Below, piece after piece: positions 30,749-40,905 of a stretch of 61,658 nucleotides of DNA; within the stretch, counting starts at the first letter, position 1; each line of letters starts with the position of its first letter. Source of the DNA: a virus. Taxonomy: Duplodnaviria > Caudoviricetes. The DNA is taken from IMG/VR virus record IMGVR_UViG_3300043640_000110, positions 1 through 61,658 of that record; one strand, 5' to 3'. A program made the translations under genes and the position numbers. The notes beneath the pieces were generated by a model. The model saw only the letters and a list, made by a program, of their open reading frames with translations, was not told the origin of the DNA and made no database searches.

Positions 30749-31990
30749 TTATCCTTGATAAATGGCATGGCGCTGCAACCATGAGCCATCCATCCAAGGT
30801 GCCGGATAGAATGGCATGGATTGATACTTGAGATTCTTAATTGCTGTGTCGTCGTCTTTGTTTTCGAGATCGAAAATCATGCGCTCGGCCCTGGCGTCGT
30901 GCTGTACGGCGAGTTGTAAGTCTCGATACGGGTTAGGCATCGTAGCTGAACCAGGGAAACGCGCGCAATTCGCAAGAGCCATTTCTAGCAAGACATCGCC
31001 GCGCCGTGCAATGAAATCCGGAAGAGCTGGTTTTTGGTCGCTCAATTCAGGAAGCTTGCAGGCGTAAATGTACGAATATACAAAGGGCGTATTAATGGGA
31101 CGCGGCCATAGCTCATAACGGGGCACGCCAGATTGCGGTGTAGGCATGCACTGAATGATGAAGGTGTTTCCAAAGACGTAAGTATCCTGAGGAAAGTAAA
31201 CCTGGACACCATTGATTAAATCGATTGCCCCGTTGTCGAGAACGGAAACAGTGGTAGAAGCTCCGGAGCCTTGCCGCCAGGAGAATTCGAGGGCTCCCCC
31301 TGGAGCACCCCCAGTGGTGATGGTTAAAACGAATACGGTAGGAGCCGGGTAATTGTATCCGTATGAGGTGGACGATACCGGTATGGGTCCAGCGCCGGAG
31401 ATTTGCATGGTCGGCTCAACCACACCAAGATAGGTAGTTGTGTAGTCATAGAACGCGGCGGCATAAGTGATGCCGGTTTGAACGCGCTGCGGATCGGCGA
31501 GGTCTAGCTCGGCCTGGGTTAGGTTGTGATACAGGCGGTAATTGGAAGTGATGTTAACGATGGAGTAGAAATAGTTGAAATCTTCCGGAACCGCAAAATA
31601 GCACTGAAAAATCTGATAAGGGGCATTGGTAACAACCGGACCAATCCAGGGTTTATCCAGGACGATGGTAGTCGGAGAGATGACGGTAACGATTGTGTAG
31701 GTTGGAAAGTTGGATGGGTTTGCACCGACCCGGAACTGAGACCCAACCCAGCTCAGATCAAAAGCCGTACCAACGCCGGTTACGACGTTGTAATTCGGGA
31801 TACAGCTCACTAGGCCGAGATTGGAAAAGACGGACGGATAGAAGGCAGACGAACGCATCAACCAAGACCATTCGCGGCGCTCCATCAATTGATTGAAGGC
31901 GTCACGAACAAAGTCTTGGGCTAGGGCTGCTCCCACGCTAGGAGCGCGCAAAAGCAGCCTATTCCAGATAGTTGTGAAAGTCTGAGCCAC
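30749..31990 (-). CDS. Head-tail adaptor protein
   Basis: RREWSWL, FAVPEDF, ELWPRP motifs; position after the capsid genes. Confidence 0.6.
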   Translation of the reverse strand: MAQTFTTIWNRLLLRAPSVGAALAQDFVRDAFNQLMERREWSWLMRSSAFYPSVFSNLGLVSCIPNYNVVTGVGTAFDLSWVGSQFRVGANPSNFPTYTIVTVISPTTIVLDKPWIGPVVTNAPYQIFQCYFAVPEDFNYFYSIVNITSNYRLYHNLTQAELDLADPQRVQTGITYAAAFYDYTTTYLGVVEPTMQISGAGPIPVSSTSYGYNYPAPTVFVLTITTGGAPGGALEFSWRQGSGASTTVSVLDNGAIDLINGVQVYFPQDTYVFGNTFIIQCMPTPQSGVPRYELWPRPINTPFVYSYIYACKLPELSDQKPALPDFIARRGDVLLEMALANCARFPGSATMPNPYRDLQLAVQHDARAERMIFDLENKDDDTAIKNLKYQSMPFYPAPWMDGSWLQRHAIYQG

Positions 31991-31995
31991 AAGGG

Positions 31996-32250
31996 TTAAT
32001 TTCCTAAGACTTGGACCTGAACTCCGGTGAACGGACCACCGGCTGTAAACGTGATGCGAGATTGGCCCGTAGAGGGCGTATTGGGCGTGACGGTGTAGGC
32101 TGTGATTGTGCTCAGTTCGATGTTGACTTGACGCACATTGGTAAGCCCTACGTCTAGCGTGTCGCCTGTGGCTCCCGCGATTACATAATACTGATCGCGC
32201 ATGGAGCCAGAGACGTTGTACTTCTGATTGGTTTGAGTGACGGCTGCCAT
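31996..32250 (-). CDS. Small virion protein
   Basis: Beta-rich, AAGGAG RBS. Confidence 0.55.
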   Translation of the reverse strand: MAAVTQTNQKYNVSGSMRDQYYVIAGATGDTLDVGLTNVRQVNIELSTITAYTVTPNTPSTGQSRITFTAGGPFTGVQVQVLGN

Positions 32251-32265
32251 TGTCTGACGTTCTCC

Positions 32266-32850
32266 TTACAGATTAGGGATATTCACATCAGAGGTGACAT
32301 TGCCGCCACCAGCCGCCGCACGAGACGTACCTACAACCTGACTCGTCGCAGCAGTCAAGGCACCCATACCAAGCACCTGAGCGAAGTTGGCCGCCACATC
32401 AGCGACTAACAACTCACCAGGAACCGCAGCCACCCCGGACTTAACCGGAATGTTGTAGCCCTTGGTCAAGATGCAAATCAGGTTTCCAGGCCCAGCTGCC
32501 ACGCGATAGATACCAGCCACGTAGTTAGCAGACTGGTTTCCTGGGACGATAGCAAAGCGCCGGTCATTAGTAACGATGCGAGCCGACTTGTCTTTCCAGA
32601 AAGCCAGCTGGTTGGCCGCCACCTGACCCGTAGGAGTTGCCGACGTTGCTCCGGAGTCATTAAAGACTACGGAATATACGCGATCACTCAGCTCGAAGGG
32701 TTCGCCGAGGTCCCCAGGTGCATAGGGGAAGAACGAACCAGGAGGATAGCCCCCGCCAGCCATTTGGGGAGGAGGCGCTTGATTCAGGGTGTCGGGATTC
32801 CCGCCTTGAAGATAAGGCGAGATAATGCTCATTGTGTTATTGCCAGCCAT
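32266..32850 (-). CDS. Capsid decoration/cement protein
   Basis: Directly follows the capsid gene; Ala/Gly-rich. Confidence 0.55.
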   Translation of the reverse strand: MAGNNTMSIISPYLQGGNPDTLNQAPPPQMAGGGYPPGSFFPYAPGDLGEPFELSDRVYSVVFNDSGATSATPTGQVAANQLAFWKDKSARIVTNDRRFAIVPGNQSANYVAGIYRVAAGPGNLICILTKGYNIPVKSGVAAVPGELLVADVAANFAQVLGMGALTAATSQVVGTSRAAAGGGNVTSDVNIPNL

Positions 32851-32877
32851 GGTAGTGTTTCTCCCTTTTCCCTTGAA

Positions 32878-33984
32878 TTAAGCGCTGAATCCGTAGATGT
32901 AGCGGTGATAGCGCGGATGCAATGTCAACTCATGAGCCAGGAGAACCTGACCAACAAGGATGGTATTGTTCGCGCTGGGGATGAAGTCCCGGAAGCCGCC
33001 GCCGAAAGTCGAGTCGTTCGAAACATAGTAGTTCAGGAACGGCTTGCGCGCGTTCAAGATCCACAAGGTTTCGCCGTTGTTACCCAGGTTGCCGACAGGA
33101 TAGACTGCCGATTGATCGCCAGTCATTTCCCGGATACAAGTCAATGCCACCGGGTCATCGGTGCCAGCACCAGCAGGGCCGGTCATGTAGGAACCAGGAC
33201 AGTAGCGGGAAGCTACCAGGGTTGCTCCGTTGAAAGAGAGACCACGGAAGCCGACGCCAACATCCAGCTTGGTGTCCTGAAAACGCTGTTGGGTTTGGAA
33301 CTTGCTCTTGATGTAGCTAAAGCCCGTGGGGGTTGTGACCATCAAGTTCGGCTCGTAGTTGCCAGAGCCGTAGAACGCCTGCATGTAGGTCTGATCGATC
33401 GTGTCGTATTCGATTGCGCCGGAGATCTGGCGGGGAGTCGAGGTCAGAGACGGCGAATAGGCTGCACGGGTCAGGCCGCCATAGGTCTGATAGGTGTTGT
33501 TATCCCAGCCTACCGTGGTCCCATCGTTCAGCGCCTCGGTGAGGCCGTTGACGTTGGGGGTGTATCCGGCGTTGATGCCGTTCAGGTAGGTCAGGATCGA
33601 CACGAATGCACCCAGGGACATGTAGCCCTGATCGATGCGCGCGCGGAGCAGCTTGATTGCCGCCAAGTCACCCTTGTTCAGGACTTGAATATCTTCCTGG
33701 TAGAGAGGGACCGACACCTGAGAGAACTTCACATCGAAGCGCAACTGTTGTTCAGTTTGGCGCTGCGACACATTGAAATTCTTGCCCTTGAGATAGGGAC
33801 CACCGATCAGGGACGCATAGAGGAAGTCTTCGTTGATGGTCGAACCACCGGTGAAGTCTTCCCGCAACGATTGACGCAGGTAGTAGTTGAGCGGGTCCTG
33901 GTTATAGATGTCATCTACAAGCGCCGGATTTGTCCGAATATACCGGCGCGTAGTGACGTTGATTTGATCTAAATTATCGGGCAA
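32878..33984 (-). CDS. Major capsid protein (TTG start)
   Basis: 368 aa after the scaffold; LVDDIY..DPL, FTGG, GF.GL.FNG, HPRYH; strong RBS. Confidence 0.85.
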   Translation of the reverse strand: MPDNLDQINVTTRRYIRTNPALVDDIYNQDPLNYYLRQSLREDFTGGSTINEDFLYASLIGGPYLKGKNFNVSQRQTEQQLRFDVKFSQVSVPLYQEDIQVLNKGDLAAIKLLRARIDQGYMSLGAFVSILTYLNGINAGYTPNVNGLTEALNDGTTVGWDNNTYQTYGGLTRAAYSPSLTSTPRQISGAIEYDTIDQTYMQAFYGSGNYEPNLMVTTPTGFSYIKSKFQTQQRFQDTKLDVGVGFRGLSFNGATLVASRYCPGSYMTGPAGAGTDDPVALTCIREMTGDQSAVYPVGNLGNNGETLWILNARKPFLNYYVSNDSTFGGGFRDFIPSANNTILVGQVLLAHELTLHPRYHRYIYGFSA

Positions 33985-34066
33985 AGTAATTCTCCTTCGA
34001 ATTTAGCCCGACACCTAAAATTAACCCCAAAATTTTAATAGGGGCTCACTTTAACCGTGGGCTGCG

Positions 34067-34789
34067 TTACTTCTTTTCGGTCCCATGCCACGCCGCCAAA
34101 AGTTCCGAGTCCATATCCTTCGGAGCTTCGTTACTCTTTGAACGGTAAACCGGTGCCGTCTCTGCGGGGCGTGCATCCACAGGTAAACGGTTCTGAGATC
34201 GGATGTCGCGTTCCATTTCAGCTCGCGTATCCGCTTCCCATTTTTTGCGCGCTGCTACTTCGGCCTCTTTGACGCGGGGTTCAATGTACTTGTCGTAAGC
34301 GGCACGGATCGGAAGATGACTATCGGCTGCAATCTTTTCGATAGCCTCCAGGTCCGGGGCTTCTCCAAAACGGGCGACGTGCGCGGCGGTGATCGAAGTC
34401 GCGTCTTTCAGGACGGAAGCGAAGCGGTTTCCCATCTCGCCCATTGTGGCCTGGAGATCTTCTTTCGAAACATACTTCGATTCGTCAAAATTCGGCACGC
34501 CACCCGCCTTTAATTCGTTCAGCTCTTTCACGACCTTCGCGTGCTCTGCATTGACCCGCGCGTAATACGCATTCATTTCCGTATCGCGGGTTTTGTCTCT
34601 ATCTTCCAATGACCGTACCCGACCTACCTGGGCCTGATAATCATCGGTTGCGGTCTTTACGATCGCGTTCAATTTCGGAGAGAGCTTGTCATGAGCGTAG
34701 AGCTTGCCCAGGGCAGAAGTAACCTGTTCATCGGTTAATCCCGCTTCGGCGAGCGCATCGGTCATGAATTGCTGGAAAGTCTGAGGCAC
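34067..34789 (-). CDS. Capsid scaffolding protein (GTG start)
   Basis: Helical and charged; precedes the capsid gene; AAGGAG RBS. Confidence 0.65.
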   Translation of the reverse strand: MPQTFQQFMTDALAEAGLTDEQVTSALGKLYAHDKLSPKLNAIVKTATDDYQAQVGRVRSLEDRDKTRDTEMNAYYARVNAEHAKVVKELNELKAGGVPNFDESKYVSKEDLQATMGEMGNRFASVLKDATSITAAHVARFGEAPDLEAIEKIAADSHLPIRAAYDKYIEPRVKEAEVAARKKWEADTRAEMERDIRSQNRLPVDARPAETAPVYRSKSNEAPKDMDSELLAAWHGTEKK

Positions 34790-34793
34790 GTTT

Positions 34794-35105
34794 TTAGGCT
34801 CCTTGCATCGGAGGTGGCGGGAGTCCAGGCTGACCCGTGGGAGAACCAGGGGCTTGCTGTTGGGGTGCGCCAGCACCGGCTGCGGTTGGAACTGCGACAC
34901 GGAGCTTAGAGATAAAGTCCGCGACTAAGGGGGCTAGAGACGGTAGTTGCTGCACTAGCGTCTTACAGCCCATTTCTACTTGAGAGATCGATGACATTAA
35001 AGCAGGCATGCCGCCAGAAAAAGCGGATTGGCCAGAGGGAGGCGCGCCCGGTCCACCAGTTTCGGGAGGAATCGGAGGAAGCGAGGGAGATCCCGGCTCA
35101 GCCAT
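34794..35105 (-). CDS. Pro/Gly-rich hypothetical protein
   Basis: ORF between portal and scaffold. Confidence 0.6.
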   Translation of the reverse strand: MAEPGSPSLPPIPPETGGPGAPPSGQSAFSGGMPALMSSISQVEMGCKTLVQQLPSLAPLVADFISKLRVAVPTAAGAGAPQQQAPGSPTGQPGLPPPPMQGA

Positions 35106-35240
35106 TTAGTAGCGGCTCGCTTTCTTGGCGCTGCTCTGTTTGCCGGTTTTCTTGAAAGACATCTTCATGCTTACCGGACGATTTTTGCCTGCCTTGGCTT
35201 TGGCGAACATCATATTTTTCGGAGCCGCTGTTTTTGCCAT
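35106..35240 (-). CDS. Small Lys-rich peptide (44 aa)
   Basis: MAKTAAPKNMMFAKAKAGKNRPVSMKMSFKKTGKQSSAKKASRY; stop abuts the next start. Confidence 0.55.
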   Translation of the reverse strand: MAKTAAPKNMMFAKAKAGKNRPVSMKMSFKKTGKQSSAKKASRY

Positions 35241-35311
35241 GACAGAGAGAAAAGTAACATCAAAAGAAAATCCCTGTAAAGTTTTACAGTTGAATTAGCT
35301 TTATTGGTTGA

Positions 35312-37291
35312 TTAGGATTCCTTGACGGTTACACGCGGCATTTCCTGTCCGGAGGCTTTGCGCCCAGCTGCGTTCACATCGCCGATCAGGCCGATTTGTT
35401 GTTGATAGAGTAAGCGCTCAGGAATGGTCCGAACGTTATCCGGAAGCACGCCAATATTGGGAATGCCGAGAGCTTCCCAGAGGGTAAAGATATCCAACCA
35501 TCCGGCGCGAGTGAGCTGAAGATAGATAAGCTTCTGTTCGGTCTGGGCAGCATTCAGTAAAGAGCCTGGGGCGATCTTGAAGACGAACCGGCGTAGGAAT
35601 TCTTTGGCGCGATCGTAGCGGGGCAGCGGACCACGCAAGAAGGACTCAGCGGTAACAGTAGTTACTGTTTTCGGTTGTCCATTTTCATCCATCGACGTAG
35701 AGGTGGAATAGTCCTGATCGTGAACAAAATCAGGGATCAAGGAACCCGGATCGTAATCGAAATCGTCTTGCGTGATTCCACCAGGGCCTAGTTCCGTGAC
35801 TCGCATGGGAAGGGTATAGAACTGGGAAAAGTTGTAGGCCAGCTGCATGGCAAGGTCCCGCGTAAAGGCTTCGTAGATACGAGATCGGAAGCGAATCGAA
35901 GGAGTCATCGCATTGAGAATAGACTCTACGGTCGAATTAGAGGGAAGCTGATTTAAGCTTGAAAGCTGGCTCAAATCGCGAACCCCGGCCAGTTCCTTCA
36001 TTTCGTTAATAATCCAATCGATCTGTTTCCAGATGTCCTGGTCAAGCGGCGGGGGCGGAATGATCTGTACGCCTTTCCCGGCAAGGGGATTTTGATAGAG
36101 CTTCCACCCGGCGCGGCGCGTGTCGAAGGAATCATACACGGAGCGCGAGACGGAGTTCTTGTCCATGATCGAACCCGGTTGCGCGACCTGGGCGGCATGG
36201 TCATCGACAACACGCAGGAGGCGATTAAGGGAGGTTTGAAGCCGCAGCAAGTCCCACACGGGAGCTTTGCCTAGCCAGCTCCACGGGTATGGATTAAGCG
36301 TGAGCTTGATGATTGGGAATTGCCCATGCCAGTAAAAGCTTGGACCATCGTAGAGGATCTTCTGACCGGCCCAAACGATGGTTCGGCGATGTGGATACAT
36401 CTGCTCACCGGGCTTGACGACATAGGACCAATTATTTGCCGGGATACGTTCTCCTGCCTCATTGGTAATGAACTCGCCCATCTCCCGATCACGGTCTGTT
36501 TCATTTAGGCGATCGTCTTTGAGATAGCAAGTGTAAAGCGTGACCGTAGGAACCCGTGGGATATCCGGTTCAGAGGTCCCTGATTTGCGGAATTTCCAGA
36601 TAGGAGAAACCACGTCCGCTGTAGCGTCCCGAATCTTATTCAACCATGTAATAGAGCTACCATCGCCCTCCGGGTTTACGTTGACTCCAAAGCGATCGCG
36701 GACATAATTTATCGGGACCTTGCGCTTGACGATTACTCCCAGGCAGGATTCAAGAGAGTCGTAGGCGACGGGACGGATTGGCAAGACATTTCTGGGATCT
36801 TCCGCGCAAGCATCGATGTCGTTGATATCCGGATTCCAATACAGATGAAGGTATCCAGAAGCACCGGCAACATAGTATTTAACGCAGTCGGCGATTCGGA
36901 GATCGATATTGCGGCGCTGGTACCAGAAGGTAGAGAGTTTTCCATAAATTTGGGCATGCTGCTCAAAGCGCCGATTCGCTACGGAGTAATCCCAGAAGGG
37001 TTTTGTGTCGGTCATCATGGCCGCAATCTGCTCTGAGATAAGGGCGATGCGATTGGTACGGGTTTGAGATAAAACGGAGCGCGGATCAAATGCCTCCGAT
37101 TCATCCTGGCTCATAATCGCGTCGATAGCTCGGCCAATCTGAGACCATCCCGGCTGTGCGGCGAGGAACGCTTCCGCTTCCTCTACTTTCTCCGTAAGCC
37201 AGGAGATTGTGGGATTAACAGGGCCGCGACCATCACTTGACGGTAAAGGGCCGGGAGTTGCGGGAGAGTTCGGAGTAATAGATACGCTCAC
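35312..37291 (-). CDS. Portal protein
   Basis: 659 aa after the terminase; P22-like portal patterns (EDPRNV, FPIIKL, LQTSLN). Confidence 0.85.
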   Translation of the reverse strand: MSVSITPNSPATPGPLPSSDGRGPVNPTISWLTEKVEEAEAFLAAQPGWSQIGRAIDAIMSQDESEAFDPRSVLSQTRTNRIALISEQIAAMMTDTKPFWDYSVANRRFEQHAQIYGKLSTFWYQRRNIDLRIADCVKYYVAGASGYLHLYWNPDINDIDACAEDPRNVLPIRPVAYDSLESCLGVIVKRKVPINYVRDRFGVNVNPEGDGSSITWLNKIRDATADVVSPIWKFRKSGTSEPDIPRVPTVTLYTCYLKDDRLNETDRDREMGEFITNEAGERIPANNWSYVVKPGEQMYPHRRTIVWAGQKILYDGPSFYWHGQFPIIKLTLNPYPWSWLGKAPVWDLLRLQTSLNRLLRVVDDHAAQVAQPGSIMDKNSVSRSVYDSFDTRRAGWKLYQNPLAGKGVQIIPPPPLDQDIWKQIDWIINEMKELAGVRDLSQLSSLNQLPSNSTVESILNAMTPSIRFRSRIYEAFTRDLAMQLAYNFSQFYTLPMRVTELGPGGITQDDFDYDPGSLIPDFVHDQDYSTSTSMDENGQPKTVTTVTAESFLRGPLPRYDRAKEFLRRFVFKIAPGSLLNAAQTEQKLIYLQLTRAGWLDIFTLWEALGIPNIGVLPDNVRTIPERLLYQQQIGLIGDVNAAGRKASGQEMPRVTVKES

Positions 37292-37350
37292 GGATGGAGA
37301 GTATCAATGGAATGAGGAAACGGTAAAGATGGATTAGTAATAAAGGTAAA

Positions 37351-37710
37351 CTAGCGCGAGCCATAATCCTTGTTTATGGCCGATCCGGATTCACGAAAAT
37401 TACCCGGCTCATGGACTAGCCCTTTACGCTTTTCCATGGACTTCTTTTCCTCGTTAGAGAGAACCTTACGCTCATATCCTTCAGCGGCGAGCTTAGGGTG
37501 TATCGGACGGTCCCCCCGGCCAGGAATGCGCTGATCTCCGGTGCGCGCATTCTCATAAATAACTACCTTCTCCGAGGCGTGTATTTCCGCATCCCCGGTG
37601 AAATATGGTCCTGGTTTATGGCCTCGGCCATTACAGGGGAACGGCCAATCGCCAATACGTAAGTGCTCGCCGCAGTCAGAACAGAAAATGAGATCGTCCA
37701 AGTAGTCCAT
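37351..37710 (-). CDS. Zn-ribbon hypothetical protein
   Basis: CSDCGEHLRIGDWPFPC. Confidence 0.6.
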   Translation of the reverse strand: MDYLDDLIFCSDCGEHLRIGDWPFPCNGRGHKPGPYFTGDAEIHASEKVVIYENARTGDQRIPGRGDRPIHPKLAAEGYERKVLSNEEKKSMEKRKGLVHEPGNFRESGSAINKDYGSR

Positions 37711-37725
37711 GGTTAGAAGCTTAAG

Positions 37726-38028
37726 TTACCAGCCGACAAAAGCATGCGCCCAATCGTTGACTTGTTTACAGAGGAATGCCGAGAAAGGAACTCCGGTGGG
37801 GCAGCGGGATTTAAGGCGCTGCAATACCCCCGGCTCGAAAACAATTTCCACCCCTTCTGTACGGATCGTGCTGAGCTTCTTGCACTGCTCCAGTAAGTCA
37901 GCGGGGCCTCGAATGTTTTTCCCAAGGATGCGAGAAAATTCCGCGAGATCTCCATGCGAAAGCGTTGCGGCCTTCATGGTGATGTCGATCACTTCCGGCT
38001 CTTCTTGTTTATTTTTAACAGGTGGCAT
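37726..38028 (-). CDS. Hypothetical protein
   Basis: 100-aa ORF in the operon. Confidence 0.55.
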   Translation of the reverse strand: MPPVKNKQEEPEVIDITMKAATLSHGDLAEFSRILGKNIRGPADLLEQCKKLSTIRTEGVEIVFEPGVLQRLKSRCPTGVPFSAFLCKQVNDWAHAFVGW

Positions 38029-38034
38029 TATGTT

Positions 38035-38244
38035 TTATTTTTGAACCTTCGTCTTGTAGCGCTTAATTACGGCGTGATAAAACTCTCCAGGGGATCTGTA
38101 TTTTGTCCAGTTGTCGATCGCTTCCTGGGGTACGCCGGTATGGGTATAGCGTTTCTCGTTATCAAAAAATACACTGACCTCTTTCGTTGCCGGGTCATAG
38201 TCAAAAGACCTTACATGGTTAGACTTCGAAAAGGTATGTTGCAC
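38035..38244 (-). CDS. KTSC domain protein
   Basis: SNHVRSFDYD..L/V.F..RYTH.GVP...SPGEFYHAVIK. Confidence 0.85.
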   Translation of the reverse strand: MQHTFSKSNHVRSFDYDPATKEVSVFFDNEKRYTHTGVPQEAIDNWTKYRSPGEFYHAVIKRYKTKVQK

Positions 38245-38272
38245 GATTTAAATATAACCGGACTGTCAAGGT

Positions 38273-39115
38273 TTAATAGTCCAAGCGATCCAATGCGCCA
38301 GCCCAGCCTTCGCGGATTTCATCAAAACTCATATCGGAAGCTTGCCAGTCGATAGGCTCTGCGGTTTGACGAATGTTTTCCGTAGTCCGTTCGATATTCA
38401 TACTCCAACCATTTGCACACCAGATAGCAAGGTTAAAAGCGCGAACGCGATCGTCATGGCCGCCTGGGTTCTCAGCCCATTGTTTATCCATGTTCATCCG
38501 GCAGTCTGCGTATTCCTCTACCAGGAAAGGGGACCGAACGATGGCATTGCGGAGATTGATATGCCTGGAGGCTTTTACCCATAGATCGCGATTGGTCCGA
38601 TTGGAAGCATGCCAGCCGAATGCAAGGCCGCGAGTTTGTGAAACAGGGGAATCGGCGTAGTATTCCCAGCGGAAATGATTCACATAACCTGATTCAAGCA
38701 TGCGCTGAAGAGTTCCGAAACCGGGACCGGGCTGAACTTCGATAATGCATTTACATTGATCTTCTTCCGTACCGGAATACATCCGGCCCAGCATATTGGC
38801 GATGTCACCCAGCTCGAACGGATCGCAAGGGGCGGCATATTCTGCTACTTGGTGATCCGGAGCGCCAAACCTTCCCATGCGGATGATTTCAATTGCCCCG
38901 TTATCCGTCTTCTTGTCATCCTTCACGCGAGAGTAACGGTTCCAGCCGGTACGACCCACGGCAACGTCAATGCCCATTACGTAGGTATGAGACTTTTGCG
39001 GAGGCTCCCACATCCAAAGAATTCCGCGCGGATCTCCGTCGTACTCAAGCTGCGGATTCATCTTGAGGAGCTTGCTGTTATTTCCGATGGAGAATGCATC
39101 TGGGAAGTGTGGCAA
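38273..39115 (-). CDS. Terminase large subunit, C-terminal RNase H-like nuclease domain (separate gene)
   Basis: YVMGIDVAVG, DNGAI, HDDRVRA; TTG start with its own GGAG RBS. Confidence 0.85.
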   Translation of the reverse strand: MPHFPDAFSIGNNSKLLKMNPQLEYDGDPRGILWMWEPPQKSHTYVMGIDVAVGRTGWNRYSRVKDDKKTDNGAIEIIRMGRFGAPDHQVAEYAAPCDPFELGDIANMLGRMYSGTEEDQCKCIIEVQPGPGFGTLQRMLESGYVNHFRWEYYADSPVSQTRGLAFGWHASNRTNRDLWVKASRHINLRNAIVRSPFLVEEYADCRMNMDKQWAENPGGHDDRVRAFNLAIWCANGWSMNIERTTENIRQTAEPIDWQASDMSFDEIREGWAGALDRLDY

Positions 39116-39120
39116 GGTGA

Positions 39121-39324
39121 TTACTCCGGCAAGCCATCGTCAAAAGAAAATCCAAGTTCTTCTGAGTAGAATTTTATATAGCTGCCATCTTCAAACATTA
39201 TCATCACAAAAGCTTCCTTCTGTTCCTGGAACTCCTGTTTGTCGTGTTGCGTGATATCCGCAACAGTTTTCCCAACTCCCCAGCCAAGTAGTTCACGAAT
39301 ATTTGAATATATTTCTTCGCTCAT
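39121..39324 (-). CDS. Small acidic protein between the TerL halves
   Basis: ATGA-coupled to the TerL ATPase gene. Confidence 0.6.
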   Translation of the reverse strand: MSEEIYSNIRELLGWGVGKTVADITQHDKQEFQEQKEAFVMIMFEDGSYIKFYSEELGFSFDDGLPE

Positions 39325-40544
39325 ACTCTCTGCCTTGATAGCTCAGCCATGTACGGCATACCTAGTAAAGCGTTAGTACGCATCCATTCAATCGTGTCGA
39401 TAGGCAAAGCAGATCTAGTGCTGTGCTGAAAAGACTGCTCAGGAGTAGCGCAATAATTGGTAAGGAAGACATGTAGTGCATCGTTCTTGCGGTAGAGTTC
39501 CCGCTCTGTTTCCCACCAGTAAAGCTGCTCTGGATTTAGGACCATCTTGCGGCCTACATACTCCGGCGAGGTGCGCTCTACCATGTCGGCGTGTTCGATT
39601 GAAACCTGGGAGGGAACCCAACCGTCATAAGGAGAGCGCCGGTACTTGGTTGGCTCGATATACCAGGGCGTAAAGGAATAGGTCCAGTGCCCGTATCCGT
39701 CACGGCGTAGGCGAACGTTCTCAGTGAATTCATACCAGAATCCATCTCGACCATTGGCCGTAGACTCTAAGCCCAGAAAGACTCGGGGAGATTGAGGGAC
39801 GGCAGGGAAGAAATCGAACTGTAGGCGTTCGGCAGCTGGCCACAGAGCAATTTCGGTTCCGTGGGACATGTCGAACTGTTGCCCCGTACCAACACCGGCT
39901 TGCTGATTAGCCTTTTGGTAAGTGAGGCGAGACTTTAGAATTTTGAGACCGATATGCTCATCTTTGACATTGAACTCGATTTCTGGCTTTAGATAAAAAG
40001 GAAGATTATCCAGGATTACCGTGTCGCGAACATAGAGTTCATGGATCTTGGTTTCATCCAGGGATGCAGCGAAACACCGGGTAGATTTGAACAGCGTCAT
40101 CCGATGATTGGAGATGAGGCGACCTAGCGCTGTAGCTCCCTCTTGGCGGCATTTGTGCCATACCAGGAGAATTCCGTCCGAGAATCCGGTTTTGTCGTAT
40201 TCCTTGTAGATTTCTTCCTCACGATGCGCCATGAGTTCGAGGGTCCGCTCTTGACCGGCCCAATAGACGATGGGGGCTACCCCGCCTCCGTCTTTGGCGT
40301 CTCGTTCAATATGGCCATAACGTAATGCCCAGTAGTTGAAATCTGAGCGGCATAGCATTGTTTCAGAACGGACGAATTCGGCCTCATTAGAAGTGAGATT
40401 ACGGGAAAGCGTACCTTCAGAGTTGAGAAGTTTGTCGAGTTTGCGCGAGATCTCTTGAGAGTCAGAGACGGAGCGCGGGTTGACTTTGTGACCGGCCTTT
40501 TTAAGGGCGAATAAGGATTTATCTACGATCAGCGGAGAGTACAT
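39321..40544 (-). CDS. Terminase large subunit, N-terminal ATPase domain
   Basis: HKCRQEGAT Walker A-like, HGTEIALW Walker B-like, ESTANG, F.PWY. Confidence 0.88.
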   Translation of the reverse strand: MYSPLIVDKSLFALKKAGHKVNPRSVSDSQEISRKLDKLLNSEGTLSRNLTSNEAEFVRSETMLCRSDFNYWALRYGHIERDAKDGGGVAPIVYWAGQERTLELMAHREEEIYKEYDKTGFSDGILLVWHKCRQEGATALGRLISNHRMTLFKSTRCFAASLDETKIHELYVRDTVILDNLPFYLKPEIEFNVKDEHIGLKILKSRLTYQKANQQAGVGTGQQFDMSHGTEIALWPAAERLQFDFFPAVPQSPRVFLGLESTANGRDGFWYEFTENVRLRRDGYGHWTYSFTPWYIEPTKYRRSPYDGWVPSQVSIEHADMVERTSPEYVGRKMVLNPEQLYWWETERELYRKNDALHVFLTNYCATPEQSFQHSTRSALPIDTIEWMRTNALLGMPYMAELSRQRV

Positions 40545-40840
40545 TACAGCGCATAGGTCACAGCTACAATATCCCCGGAACCGGCATAGACATAGATTTC
40601 AGAAAGGTCCAGGTATTGAGTATCGCCGATGGGCTGGAAAAGAATTCCCACCTGGGAGTCTACGCGGAGAATAGCCCCCCGAGTGGCGCTGGTGAAGGAA
40701 TCGCCTACTCTGGCATCTGCCGAGTTGGGATCTACATTGGGGACAGTAAAAAGCGCCCACTTGGCAGGAGTGCGAACGTTATTCGCGACTACCGGGAGAG
40801 AAGATGCGGCACCTACGATATCGGGGAGTGTGTGAACCAT
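40544..40840 (-). CDS. Small beta-rich protein
   Basis: Coupled to TerL. Confidence 0.55.
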   Translation of the reverse strand: MVHTLPDIVGAASSLPVVANNVRTPAKWALFTVPNVDPNSADARVGDSFTSATRGAILRVDSQVGILFQPIGDTQYLDLSEIYVYAGSGDIVAVTYAL

Positions 40841-40905
40841 AAATAAATCCTGATTAACACACTCTCATGGAGGGGGATTGCTGTAAACGTTGATTAACGA
40901 TAAAG

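Noticed and set aside
32764-33972. 402-aa ORF antisense to the capsid gene
   Set aside because: Shadow ORF of a codon-biased gene, with no RBS or motifs.
39116-39330. Group I intron or intein in TerL
   Set aside because: No recognisable intron core or intein motifs; both downstream ORFs have their own initiation signals. Not fully excluded without RT-PCR.
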